IMG/VR virus record: IMGVR_UViG_3300005573_001625
Location: 1-28,332 of that record
Origin: a virus
Taxonomy: Duplodnaviria; Caudoviricetes
Strand: one strand, 5' to 3'
DNA: 28,332 nucleotides
In this document: in pieces, positions 16,622 to 25,641 of the stretch
Numbering within the stretch: the stretch's first letter is position 1
Layout: each line of letters begins with the position of its first letter
Program-made: the position numbers and the translations under genes
The notes under the pieces: generated by a model
Told to the model about the DNA's origin: nothing
Database searches by the model: none
Seen by the model: the letters and a program-made list of their open reading frames with translations, nothing else

Positions 16622-18367
16622 ATGGCAGAAGCACGCTTACAGCTTTTAATGGATCTCGAAGACCGGGTCTCCGGGCAGCTCAAAGGCATCCGGACCGGCC
16701 TGGAAGGGTTCAGGGAGAAGGTCGAGGATATGAAACCGGCCTTCCAGAAAATGGCCGCCATCGGCACGGCCGGCTTTGCTGCGATCACCGGCGAGATCGG
16801 CTTCGCGCTCAAAGCCTTCGCCGAATCCCAGGCACAGCTCGCTCGAGTCGATCAGATCTTGAATAACCTGTTCGAACAGGACAAGATCAAAGGCTTCGGA
16901 GATTCCTATGAGGAAGCGCAGAAAAAGGTCCGCGACTTTGGCGCATCTCTGCAAGCCCTGGGCGGCATCGGAGACGAAACCGCAGCCGAGGGACTGGCAA
17001 AGCTCGCACAGATAACCGGCGACTATACCAAAGCCGCCAAAGCTGCGACTCTGGCCGCTGACGTGGCAACGTATAAGCAGATCGATTACGGCACGGCAGT
17101 CGACATCGTCGGAAAAGTTTTAAACGGCAACGTCGCCATACTGAAAAAGTACGGCATCGAGGTCGATGAAAACATGAGCAAGGAAGAAGCGATGGCAGCG
17201 CTGACGGAAAAAGTCGGAGGCCAATATCAAGCCTTCGGCAAAACGATCGAGGGCCAGACTGCCATTTTGAAACAATCCTTCGGCGATATACAGGAAAACA
17301 TCGGCGCCGCATTTCTCCCGATCTTGCAGCAAGTCCTCGACAAAATCAAGCCAGTCATCGACAAGATCGTCGCCTGGACCGCAGCGCATCCCGAACTGGT
17401 CAAAAACATCATGCTCGCGGGGCTTGCCCTGTCCGGGCTGATTGCCGTTTTAGGCACGCTCGGCCTGGTCCTTCCGGCCGTGATCACCGGGATCGAGATG
17501 ATGACTGGACCGCTCGGCCTGGTTATGATCGCGATCGGCCTTCTGACCGGCTACATCATGACCCATCAGGAGCAAGTCAAAAAATGGGCGCAAGCGCTGA
17601 TCGATTTTAAAAATCAGGCGCTCGCCTGGTTTTTGGAAAAATGGCAGGAGATCTCTGACTACTTCACGAATACTCTCTGGCCCGCCATTCAGCTCATCTG
17701 GCAAGTCATCGCGCAGACTCTCGGGCCTTCGCTCGAGCGGCTCTGGACGACCATCTCGACCAAACTCTGGCCGGCATTGCAGCAGCTCTGGCAGCAAGTC
17801 GGCCCGATCCTCACGCCGGCGCTCAAGATCTTCGCCGAAATTGTCGGCGTGGTACTGCTCGGCGCCTTCCTGGTCATAACCAAAGCCATCACGGAGACAG
17901 TCAACGTCCTGGTCCAAGTCTTAACCTGGCTCATTCAGATCGGGACCTGGATCTCGGAGCAGGGCATGAAATTATTCACCGGCATCGCGAGCGCCATCCT
18001 TTCCGTCGTCGACGCCTTCAAACAGCTCTACGAATGGGCGGAGAAAGCCTGGCAGAAGGTTCAGCAGTTCGGCGGTAAAGTCGGCGGCGGAGTCTCGGGC
18101 GTAACCGGCAAGATTGGCGACTTCTTAGGCTTTGACACCGGCGGCGTGGTTCCCGGGCCGATCGGCTCGCCGCAGCTCGCGGTCGTCCACGGCGGCGAGA
18201 CCATTCTGCCGACGCACAAAGGCGGCTTCGCTTTAGCCGGCGCAGCGGCCGGCATGGGTCCGACATTCAACATCTCCATCTCCGGGAATACCTTGCTCGA
18301 CCGGGACTCTGCCCGAATCATCGGCGAGGAGTTCGTCCGCTATTTGAAAGATAACGCCAGACTCTAA
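16622..18367 (+). CDS. Tape measure protein (581 aa)
   Basis: Ala/Gly-rich helices, periodic Trp repeats, hydrophobic segments, C-terminal FDTGGVVPG...AVVHGGETILP. Confidence 0.93.
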   Translation: MAEARLQLLMDLEDRVSGQLKGIRTGLEGFREKVEDMKPAFQKMAAIGTAGFAAITGEIGFALKAFAESQAQLARVDQILNNLFEQDKIKGFGDSYEEAQKKVRDFGASLQALGGIGDETAAEGLAKLAQITGDYTKAAKAATLAADVATYKQIDYGTAVDIVGKVLNGNVAILKKYGIEVDENMSKEEAMAALTEKVGGQYQAFGKTIEGQTAILKQSFGDIQENIGAAFLPILQQVLDKIKPVIDKIVAWTAAHPELVKNIMLAGLALSGLIAVLGTLGLVLPAVITGIEMMTGPLGLVMIAIGLLTGYIMTHQEQVKKWAQALIDFKNQALAWFLEKWQEISDYFTNTLWPAIQLIWQVIAQTLGPSLERLWTTISTKLWPALQQLWQQVGPILTPALKIFAEIVGVVLLGAFLVITKAITETVNVLVQVLTWLIQIGTWISEQGMKLFTGIASAILSVVDAFKQLYEWAEKAWQKVQQFGGKVGGGVSGVTGKIGDFLGFDTGGVVPGPIGSPQLAVVHGGETILPTHKGGFALAGAAAGMGPTFNISISGNTLLDRDSARIIGEEFVRYLKDNARL

Positions 18368-19893
18368 TGATCACGATTCTCATCAAAAAAAAAGGGGAGT
18401 CTGACTTCACCGATCGCAGCGATCAGATCCGGGCTCTCTCCATCAATCAAGGCACGACGAAAGAAGCCTCGACCGCCAGGATCTCCGTCGACTACTACGC
18501 CGGCAAGTACAAGCCGGAAGGGGAAGATGAGGTCAACATTTACGACGGCGAGACGCAGATCTTCGGCGGCTTCATTGTCCGCGCCATTCAGCGCATCGAT
18601 CAGGGTCCGGTCGTCTCTTACGACTGCGATCTGAAAAATCGGGTCTACCGGCTTGATTATAAGCTCGTCAATACCACTTACGAAAGCCAGTCCGCGCACG
18701 ACATCATCGAAGACATCGTCGCCAATTTCTCCGGCCCGGGCATTACCACGGACAACGTCCAGGATCCCGGCGGGACCATCACCTTCATCTCCTTCAACAA
18801 TATCCCGCCGAGCGAAGCCATCCAAAAGCTCGCGGACGTGCTCGGGAAGGAATGGTATATCGACCCGGCCGGCGACATCCACTTCTTCTCCAAGTTCGGC
18901 GAAGCTGCTCCCTTCTCCATCATTGAGCAGACCGGCTCGAACACGGAAGGGAATCACATCTTCGGCACGCTCGAGATTACGGACGACTTCACGCAGATCC
19001 GCAACTCGATCCAGATTGAGGGCGGCAAGGAAATCTCCTCGCTGCCGACGACGGAAAAATACATCGGCGACGGCCAGACTTACACCTTCCCGCTCGGGCA
19101 TGAGTTCGCGTCCGGGCTTACCGTCTCCGTGGGCGGGGTTTCCAAAACCGTCGGCGCGGCAAACCTCAACACATTCGACCAGGGTTATGACGTGCTTTAT
19201 GATCCGAACACTTTGAGCATTCAATTCCCCTCCTCCTCTCCGCCGGCCAACGCCGCGGCGATTCTTGTTTCCGGGAATTACTACTACCCGATCACGGTCC
19301 GCTTCCGCGAGCTCGGATCCGTCGCCAAGTACGGCGAGCGCCAGTTCGTCATCCAGGACCGCGACATCTCCTCGAGGGCCGACGCAGTCAAACGCGCCGG
19401 CGCGGAGATCACCGCTTACTCGCAGATGGCCTCCGAAGGATCCTTCCAGACTTACAATTCCGGCCTGGCTGCCGGCCAGAAGATCACCATCAGCTCGCCG
19501 ATCCGCGGCATCTCCTCCAAGCAGTTCGTCATCCAGAGGCTCTCCGGCCGCATGATCACGCCTTCAAAGTTTCTCTGGAAGGCGACGATCGTTTCGGTCA
19601 AGACGTACGAGCTGATCGATCTGCTCGCTGATATTATCAAGAGCCGGCGCATCGAGGTCGACAAGGACGCGGTCATCCAGACGGCCGATCGCGTGCAGCG
19701 GACCATCCAAATCAGCCGCACGATCACCGTCAGAGAGCCGGTCGCCGTCAGCCGGACCGTGGAAGTCTCCCGGGACGTCCGGTCCTACCTAAACAGCCCG
19801 CCGACATGGGTCGCCGGACCGTTCGTGCCGCCGAATATCGACGATCGGAGGCGCGTGGCATTTACGGACCGCCGCTGCATCCTGGCTTCGTAA
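18367..19893 (+). CDS. Tail tip/baseplate hub protein (Tal-like)
   Basis: TAATG-coupled to TMP; WYIDPAGDIHFF, IRNSIQIEG, SVAKYGER, GLAAGQKITI hub-like motifs. Confidence 0.75.
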   Translation: MITILIKKKGESDFTDRSDQIRALSINQGTTKEASTARISVDYYAGKYKPEGEDEVNIYDGETQIFGGFIVRAIQRIDQGPVVSYDCDLKNRVYRLDYKLVNTTYESQSAHDIIEDIVANFSGPGITTDNVQDPGGTITFISFNNIPPSEAIQKLADVLGKEWYIDPAGDIHFFSKFGEAAPFSIIEQTGSNTEGNHIFGTLEITDDFTQIRNSIQIEGGKEISSLPTTEKYIGDGQTYTFPLGHEFASGLTVSVGGVSKTVGAANLNTFDQGYDVLYDPNTLSIQFPSSSPPANAAAILVSGNYYYPITVRFRELGSVAKYGERQFVIQDRDISSRADAVKRAGAEITAYSQMASEGSFQTYNSGLAAGQKITISSPIRGISSKQFVIQRLSGRMITPSKFLWKATIVSVKTYELIDLLADIIKSRRIEVDKDAVIQTADRVQRTIQISRTITVREPVAVSRTVEVSRDVRSYLNSPPTWVAGPFVPPNIDDRRRVAFTDRRCILAS

Positions 19894-19900
19894 AAAAAAT

Positions 19901-19997
19901 AATGCTATAATTGAAATAACTTAATATCGAGATTAAGGTCTCACGAAACGAAAGGCTCACGGGCTTTCCGATCGTGAGACTTTTTTGATAAAAAAAT
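19901..19997 (+). promoter_or_regulatory. Leader C: extended -10 promoter plus structured attenuator-like leader of the fibre/lysis module
   Basis: TGcTATAAT 19903-19911; ATCGAGATTAAGG; stem GTCTCACGA/TCGTGAGAC; inner loop TCACGG; T6 tract. Confidence 0.78.
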
Positions 19998-20576
19998 ATG
20001 CAAAACCCAATCGAACAAATTATTCAGGAAGTCAAGCCGATTAAGCGCATCGGATGGGCCTCCTGGATCGATCAGAAAAAACTCGAAACGCTGCGGGCCG
20101 ACTGGCGCGAGCTGTTCGACCTGGCCCGCTACTCGCTGCGCCGGCGCTTTGAGATCTTAGAGGATCTCGGCGTCTTAGAGCGGCAGCAAATTTTTGAAAA
20201 CATCACTCCGACGGTCGGCTTCGAGGCGCTGGCCAAAGCCATGACCGGCAACATCGCGAGCGTCGATGAAGTCGGCGTCAATTACCACGCGCTCGGATCC
20301 GGGACGAATGCGCCGGCTGATTCGGACACGCAGCTCCAAACGGAAACGGTCCGGGCCATCCTCTCATCCCGTTCGTACGAAGATAATAAGGCGTACTATA
20401 CCGCCTTCTATGGCCTGGCTGAAGCCATCGGCACGCATCACGAAATGGGGTTATTCATCAATGCCGGTCCGACAGTAAATTCCGGGGTTCTTTGGGACCG
20501 GACTCTGCTCGACATTACAAAGACCGGCGTCCAGTCGTTGACGCTCGATTACGAAGACACCTTCGCCAACGGTTAA
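19998..20576 (+). CDS. Minor tail/fibre-attachment protein
   Basis: ENIT..VG, ALGSGT..P..SDTQLQTE, EMGLF motifs typical of fibre-base proteins. Confidence 0.7.
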   Translation: MQNPIEQIIQEVKPIKRIGWASWIDQKKLETLRADWRELFDLARYSLRRRFEILEDLGVLERQQIFENITPTVGFEALAKAMTGNIASVDEVGVNYHALGSGTNAPADSDTQLQTETVRAILSSRSYEDNKAYYTAFYGLAEAIGTHHEMGLFINAGPTVNSGVLWDRTLLDITKTGVQSLTLDYEDTFANG

Positions 20577-20604
20577 ACGATAACCATTAACTCCCTTTAT
20601 TTTT

Positions 20605-22572
20605 ATGCACAACTGGATCCCGGGCGAGGAGATCACTTCCGCCAAACTCAACGAGCTCAATCCCGCCGCAGACTCCCGCCTCAACAAAGCGGAGCATAAC
20701 ATCCTTGAGCTGCTCTTAGAGAATTATTATTCCGGCAAGAACACACCATTCTCCGGACTGCTTTTCGACGGCTTCTCTGACCTGTCAAAAGCCAACATAG
20801 GGACCGGCAGCGGCACGAACGCAACCGGGACCGCGGGCCAGTCGCAGCTTACCCTCAACTCCAACGCCGAGCTCGCGTATTTCGCAGCCGGCGATCTGAT
20901 TCACATTTTCGATAACACGAACAACGAGCTCAATATCATCACCGGCAAGGCGAGCAACGTCGTCGAAGCAAACCTGGCCTCCTTCACCTTTTCCACGGTC
21001 AAACCGGCCTTCTGGTCAGATCAGGGCCTCGTCAATGGCAACACGCAGCGGCGCCTCCGGAGCTCCTGGGCCGATAACACGCAGGGGCCGAGCAATGCCA
21101 CGCTCTCCAAAGCAACGAGCGGCTTAACGATCGGCCAGGCTCACACCCTGACCCTCTCCGTCGCATGGAGCGGCGCGGCCAGTTTCGGCAATGACTTCAC
21201 CATCGAGATTAAAATCGGCGGAGTCCAGGTCGCCACTCACACGACGCCAGGTCAGGGCGGCAGTCATAACTTCAACACCACTTTCACGCCGACGACCTCG
21301 AATCCGACAATTCAGATCACGGTCTACGACAATTTCAACGCCAACAATAATCCCTCCTGGATCTGGACCTTTGACTTTAGCAATTTTCAGCTCACCCTCG
21401 GCAATACTCTCTTTTTACAGAATGCCCTGGCGTCGAACATTTCCGCCGGCACGGTCAAGAAGGTCTCGGCAACGATCGACGCTTCCAACAAGCGGCTCGG
21501 CATGACCGGCACGCAAAAGCGCTCCATTTACCAATCGATTCGGACCGTGTTCAATCAATCGATGGCCACGGCCCGGGCCTGGCTGATGAGGTTGCCGACG
21601 GTTAAGTACAATCTCAATGCTGCGGCCAACGCCGGCAGCACTAGCGTCCAGATTAACGGCGACGTTACCGGCAAATTCAACAGCGGAGACACCATCGACA
21701 TCTCCACAGGCAGCAACTCCGCCCGCGAGCGCCGGACCTTGAGCCAGGCCGCGAGCTTTGGCGGCGGCGTAACGACTCTGACTTTCACCGGCGCCCTGGC
21801 CAATTCCTACACGACCGCCGGCTACGTCGAGCGCGTGGATGTAAAACCAAAGCTCTCCATCGTGGCAGCCGGCGGCACGCTTGCCTTTGCGGACCTGACT
21901 TTCGTCGGATCTAACCTGGTTACGCTCTACGAAGACACGCCCTTCAAACAGGAAAACGACACCACGGGCCAGAACATCCAGGGCGGCACATCCGGCTCTG
22001 GCGAAACCGATCAGCAAAAAGGGCAGATCGTCAACTTGCAGCATAACGGATTTAAGCTCAAATCCATCACACTCAAAAACATCAAGAAAGTCTTAAATCC
22101 GGCCGACAGCCTGGTCGTCGACGTCTACTCCGGGACCTCGCTCGGCGCCGGCAGCCTGATCGGGACGAGCGATCCGGTCGCGGGAGCGGGACTGCTCACT
22201 TCCGAGCAGGACGTGGTCTTCGCCTTCCCTAACGAATTGACCCTGGCGAACGGCTGGAACTTCATCGTCCGCAGGACAGGCAACCGCGACGCAACAAATT
22301 ACTACACGATCAAATCTTCCGGCACGGCCGTCGACTTCTTCCCGTACGGCTCGGCCTACACGAAATCGAATAACTCCTGGGACCAGATCAACGCGAACAC
22401 GGATCTCGCCTTCTCCTTCTCCATTTACGGGCCGGTCATCTACACGGAAGACGAATACAGCTATCAGCCAGGCACGCCGAACGTCGACGTCGCTGCCCTG
22501 ATCGAGCTCACCAGAAAAGACACTTCGCTCGCGCCTTACGCCAAACGCCTCGGCGTCTCATTGAACACTTAA
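20605..22572 (+). CDS. Tail fibre/receptor-binding protein (655 aa)
   Basis: N-terminal WIPGEEITSAKLN anchor motif; Thr/Ser/Gly/Asn-rich beta domains; last large tail gene. Confidence 0.8.
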   Translation: MHNWIPGEEITSAKLNELNPAADSRLNKAEHNILELLLENYYSGKNTPFSGLLFDGFSDLSKANIGTGSGTNATGTAGQSQLTLNSNAELAYFAAGDLIHIFDNTNNELNIITGKASNVVEANLASFTFSTVKPAFWSDQGLVNGNTQRRLRSSWADNTQGPSNATLSKATSGLTIGQAHTLTLSVAWSGAASFGNDFTIEIKIGGVQVATHTTPGQGGSHNFNTTFTPTTSNPTIQITVYDNFNANNNPSWIWTFDFSNFQLTLGNTLFLQNALASNISAGTVKKVSATIDASNKRLGMTGTQKRSIYQSIRTVFNQSMATARAWLMRLPTVKYNLNAAANAGSTSVQINGDVTGKFNSGDTIDISTGSNSARERRTLSQAASFGGGVTTLTFTGALANSYTTAGYVERVDVKPKLSIVAAGGTLAFADLTFVGSNLVTLYEDTPFKQENDTTGQNIQGGTSGSGETDQQKGQIVNLQHNGFKLKSITLKNIKKVLNPADSLVVDVYSGTSLGAGSLIGTSDPVAGAGLLTSEQDVVFAFPNELTLANGWNFIVRRTGNRDATNYYTIKSSGTAVDFFPYGSAYTKSNNSWDQINANTDLAFSFSIYGPVIYTEDEYSYQPGTPNVDVAALIELTRKDTSLAPYAKRLGVSLNT

Positions 22573-22582
22573 TCAAATTGCC

Positions 22583-22753
22583 ATGCCAGACAAAATCTTC
22601 CATCGCTCCGGAGCGATCGAACAGGTCGAGACGGATGGAGAAAAATCTTTACGAAGAAAATTAAAAAATAAAAAGAGAGCGGCTGACCTGACCGATGACG
22701 AAGTCAGGGAGATCGTCTTCGAGCTGGCTAAACAGGCCAAGCTCAAACTATAA
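22583..22753 (+). CDS. Small protein after the fibre gene (56 aa, possible fibre chaperone; not in ORF track)
   Basis: MPDKIFHRSGAIEQVETDGEKSLRRKLKNKKRAADLTDDEVREIVFELAKQAKLKL fills the gap. Confidence 0.6.
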   Translation: MPDKIFHRSGAIEQVETDGEKSLRRKLKNKKRAADLTDDEVREIVFELAKQAKLKL

Positions 22754-22772
22754 AAATAGGAGACAAAAAATT

Positions 22773-23036
22773 ATGCCAGAAGGGAAAGAAAACGAGCTAC
22801 TTAATTTCTTCCTCGAGTTTCGGGAGTTTAAAGGAACGATCGAGACAAAGCTCGATCGGGCTATTGCCGACATTAAGGATCTAAAAGACGGGACGAGTCA
22901 GACGATCGCTGACCATGAAAAGCGAATCGACAAACTGGAAAAAGGCCGGGCAAATCTCCGCCTGGAAGTCGGTCTCTACATTGCGCTAAATTTGTTCGTT
23001 ATTGGCCTGATGATTTATCACATCATGGGGAAATAA
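22773..23036 (+). CDS. XhlA-like/holin-associated protein (coiled coil + C-terminal TM; start corrected to ATG 22773)
   Basis: AGGAG SD; DHEKRIDKLE motif; C-terminal VGLYIALNLFVIGLMIYHIM. Confidence 0.72.
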   Translation: MPEGKENELLNFFLEFREFKGTIETKLDRAIADIKDLKDGTSQTIADHEKRIDKLEKGRANLRLEVGLYIALNLFVIGLMIYHIMGK

Positions 23037-23040
23037 AAAA

Positions 23041-24588
23041 ATGCCAAATCCTACCGGAGCACACAAATCAAAGGACGATCCGCGCGATCTCATCTTCGCT
23101 TCGGTCGCAGCCAAAGCGTCAGATCTGCCGCGGAAGTTTTCCCGCCGCGGCGAGCAGTCGCCGGTCTTTGTTCAGAAGTTCGGAATGTGCGTCGGCGCTA
23201 CGGGTAAAGCCTTCCTGGAATGGCTCGCCAACAAACAAGGCACGCCGATCGGACTCTCCGGCCGGCTGCTTTACGCGTTCGCTAAACAGTACGACGGCAT
23301 CCCCGGGCAAGAAGGGACCATGCCGCGGACCATGCTGAAAGTCATGGCCGGCCTCGGCACGCGGCCGGAGAGCGAGTTTCCGACTTATCCATCCCCGGAC
23401 GATCATGCCTCCTTCATCAAGGTCCCGGACGATTCGAAATTGCTCGAAAGCGCGATCGAGTTCGCGATCATGGCCGGATATGCCCGCTGCACTACGATCG
23501 AAGACATCAAACAGGCGATCTATCAGTTCGGCCCGGTCTTGCTCACGGTCAACGTGTTCGACACCTTCGACGCGGCCGGCAGCGACGGATGGATCGGCCC
23601 GAAAATCAGCTCCGCCTCTTACCGCGGCAGCCATGAGGTACTCTGCATCGGATGGGACGACGACAAGAACAACATCGGCGCTCTGGAAATAAAAAACTCC
23701 TGGGGCGAAGCCTGGGGCGATCACGGCTTCGGCTTCGTTTCGTACAACTACGAGCGGCCGAGTAATAATCCCTTCATTGAAGCCTGGTCCATCTTAGACA
23801 CCGTCAACGCGGCCGCCACAAAAGGAGCGCCCGTGGCTCTGGCTTATCCGGTGGACGCGCCATTCATTACGCAGGGCTTCGGCGAGAATCCCTCGATTTA
23901 TCAGAAATACGGCATGAACGGACACAACGGAATCGACTTCCGGGCAAAGAAGGCCGCGCCGATCTACGCGTGCGACGCCGGCTCCGTGGTCTTTACCGGA
24001 GCAAAAGGCGACTACGGCAACGCGGTCGTCATCTCGCACGCCTGGGGTACGAGCATCTGCGGCCATCTCTCCTCCTTTGCGGTCTCGGACGCCGGCGGTC
24101 CGGAAGGATCTCCGCAGCCGGTCGCAAAGGGTCAGCTCATCGGTTACTCCGGATATACCGGCCACGTCATTCCGGCCGGACCGGACGGCGAGCATCTTCA
24201 CTTCGGCATCAGAATTAATGGAGTTAAAAACCCGGGCTTCTTCGACTACGTCGACCCGAGTCCATACTTCCAAAAAAAAGGATCTCAAATGTACCAGACC
24301 ATTATCATCGACAAGAAGGCCGGCGTCGCAGACGTCTCCGGCCGCTTCTTCTCCGGCGGCTTCGCTGATTCCCCGGAGCAGTACCAAAAGATCGGCCAGG
24401 AGTACGGCGTGAAAACGTGCGAGCCGGACGGCATGGGCGGATGGAAGTTTTATCCCTTCGCCTTAGTCGTCAGCCGCGGGACCGCAGCGCTGCCGGTCGA
24501 CATCAGAGTCGACCACGCCTCGCTCGCGGAGACAGCTTTCCCGGAACTAGCCGGCAAGATCAGCCTCATTGAAAAATCCGAATCCTAA
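23041..24588 (+). CDS. Putative endolysin: papain-like C1 peptidase + M23 peptidase + C-terminal domain
   Basis: C1: QKFGMCVG, GSHEV, IKNSWG; M23: HNGIDF, GHL, HLHFG; flanked by holin-like genes. Confidence 0.88.
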   Translation: MPNPTGAHKSKDDPRDLIFASVAAKASDLPRKFSRRGEQSPVFVQKFGMCVGATGKAFLEWLANKQGTPIGLSGRLLYAFAKQYDGIPGQEGTMPRTMLKVMAGLGTRPESEFPTYPSPDDHASFIKVPDDSKLLESAIEFAIMAGYARCTTIEDIKQAIYQFGPVLLTVNVFDTFDAAGSDGWIGPKISSASYRGSHEVLCIGWDDDKNNIGALEIKNSWGEAWGDHGFGFVSYNYERPSNNPFIEAWSILDTVNAAATKGAPVALAYPVDAPFITQGFGENPSIYQKYGMNGHNGIDFRAKKAAPIYACDAGSVVFTGAKGDYGNAVVISHAWGTSICGHLSSFAVSDAGGPEGSPQPVAKGQLIGYSGYTGHVIPAGPDGEHLHFGIRINGVKNPGFFDYVDPSPYFQKKGSQMYQTIIIDKKAGVADVSGRFFSGGFADSPEQYQKIGQEYGVKTCEPDGMGGWKFYPFALVVSRGTAALPVDIRVDHASLAETAFPELAGKISLIEKSES

Positions 24589-24630
24589 AGGTCGGATCTA
24601 AAAAATAAAATCAAGAAAGGAAAATCTTTT

Positions 24631-24879
24631 ATGGAATTTTTAGCAAACATTGATCCGGTGGCCGTGGCCATGCTGACGTTTGCCGTGATCGGTTTTGTAA
24701 AATTTGCCATGAGCCTCGTCGAGCGCGAATGGAAGAACGCGGTCAAGATCCTGGTCGCCGGCATTGCCGGCGCGATCCTGGCGCCGTACGCCGGGAATGT
24801 GTCCTGGTTTATCGGGATGCTGATCGGCCTGAATGCTTCCGGCGTGATCACCGCCGCCTCGTATCTTGGCACGAAGTAA
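24631..24879 (+). CDS. Holin (putative, 3 TM)
   Basis: 82 aa, three hydrophobic segments, GLNASG motif, follows endolysin. Confidence 0.78.
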   Translation: MEFLANIDPVAVAMLTFAVIGFVKFAMSLVEREWKNAVKILVAGIAGAILAPYAGNVSWFIGMLIGLNASGVITAASYLGTK

Positions 24880-24953
24880 ATTTGATCATTCAATCAGTTA
24901 GCCGGCACGGAGGGAAAGGAGGGGATCGGCGAAGCTGATCAAGCGAGGATCTT

Positions 24954-25610
24954 ATAAAAGTCTTACGCATTATCCTCCTCCTCTCCCTCTGTCTGATCTT
25001 TTTATTCTTCACCGCCCGGACCGCAGCCGACTCCCGGCTGCCGGCAGCCGAGGAGGAGATCAAAATCGAAAGCCATGAAAACGCCTCTGACAACCAAACA
25101 GCTCATCAGGATCCTCAAGGATCTGAAACACAGCTCGCCGCCGCTGCCGTCGCCGGCGGAGTTCAAAAGAATCAGAGCGCGCATTCTGCGACGGATCTCA
25201 AAACTCATTCACAAATCGACCCGGAAAAACTCCGGATCTATCTGCAAGGGCTCAAAGGGCCAGGCATCACCGGCTCTCCGCTCGCGCCATACGCCGAGCA
25301 GATCGCGGCCTCGGATTACGCGGGGCTGATCATTGGGATCTGCGCGATCGAACAATACAACTGCACGAAGGCTCCGAATTGGAATTATTGGGGCTTTAGG
25401 GCTGCCGGCGGCGGATGGATGGCCTTTGCCTCGGCTGAACAAGCTATTGCCGCAGCGGAAGCCAAATTTGAAGGCTACGCGGCCAGATGGGGATCAACTC
25501 TGGAAGCCTGGCGCGGACGCTATTGCGTGAACGCCGACTATCCCGGCCGGATCTGTCCGGGATGGGAAGCCAAAGTCAAAACAATCAAAGCAGAAGTCGA
25601 GAATCTATGA
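24954..25610 (+). CDS. Secreted lysozyme-like/GH73-like glycosidase with probable non-canonical ATA start (about 218 aa)
   Basis: Frame open 24939-25610; (M)KVLRIILLLSLCLIFLFFTARTAA signal-like; SPLAPYAEQI..LIIGICAIEQ..NYWG..F.S.EQAI..Y..RYC..W motifs; ORF track shows only the last 63 aa. Confidence 0.72.
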   Translation: MKVLRIILLLSLCLIFLFFTARTAADSRLPAAEEEIKIESHENASDNQTAHQDPQGSETQLAAAAVAGGVQKNQSAHSATDLKTHSQIDPEKLRIYLQGLKGPGITGSPLAPYAEQIAASDYAGLIIGICAIEQYNCTKAPNWNYWGFRAAGGGWMAFASAEQAIAAAEAKFEGYAARWGSTLEAWRGRYCVNADYPGRICPGWEAKVKTIKAEVENL

Positions 25611-25641
25611 CTCGCCAAAACCAAAACTCAACCGCCTGAAA

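Noticed and set aside
20605-22572. Diversity-generating retroelement or shufflon acting on the fibre gene
   Set aside because: No reverse transcriptase, template/variable repeat pair or inverted fibre cassettes are visible in the window.
4439-24387. Long minus-strand ORFs (e.g. 4439..5362, 6235..6969, 8754..9503, 18364..19224, 21415..22044, 23119..23724)
   Set aside because: They are antisense shadows of well-supported plus-strand genes in GC-rich DNA and have no recognisable motifs.
24936-24938. TGA read-through or alternative genetic code to explain the start-less glycosidase
   Set aside because: TGA acts as a true stop in many ATGA-coupled junctions (1150, 2370, 4529, 7275), and upstream read-through would overlap the holin out of frame.
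25075-25530. ORFs 25075..25329 and 25333..25530
   Set aside because: They are alternative frames of the longer signal-peptide glycosidase frame 24954..25610.
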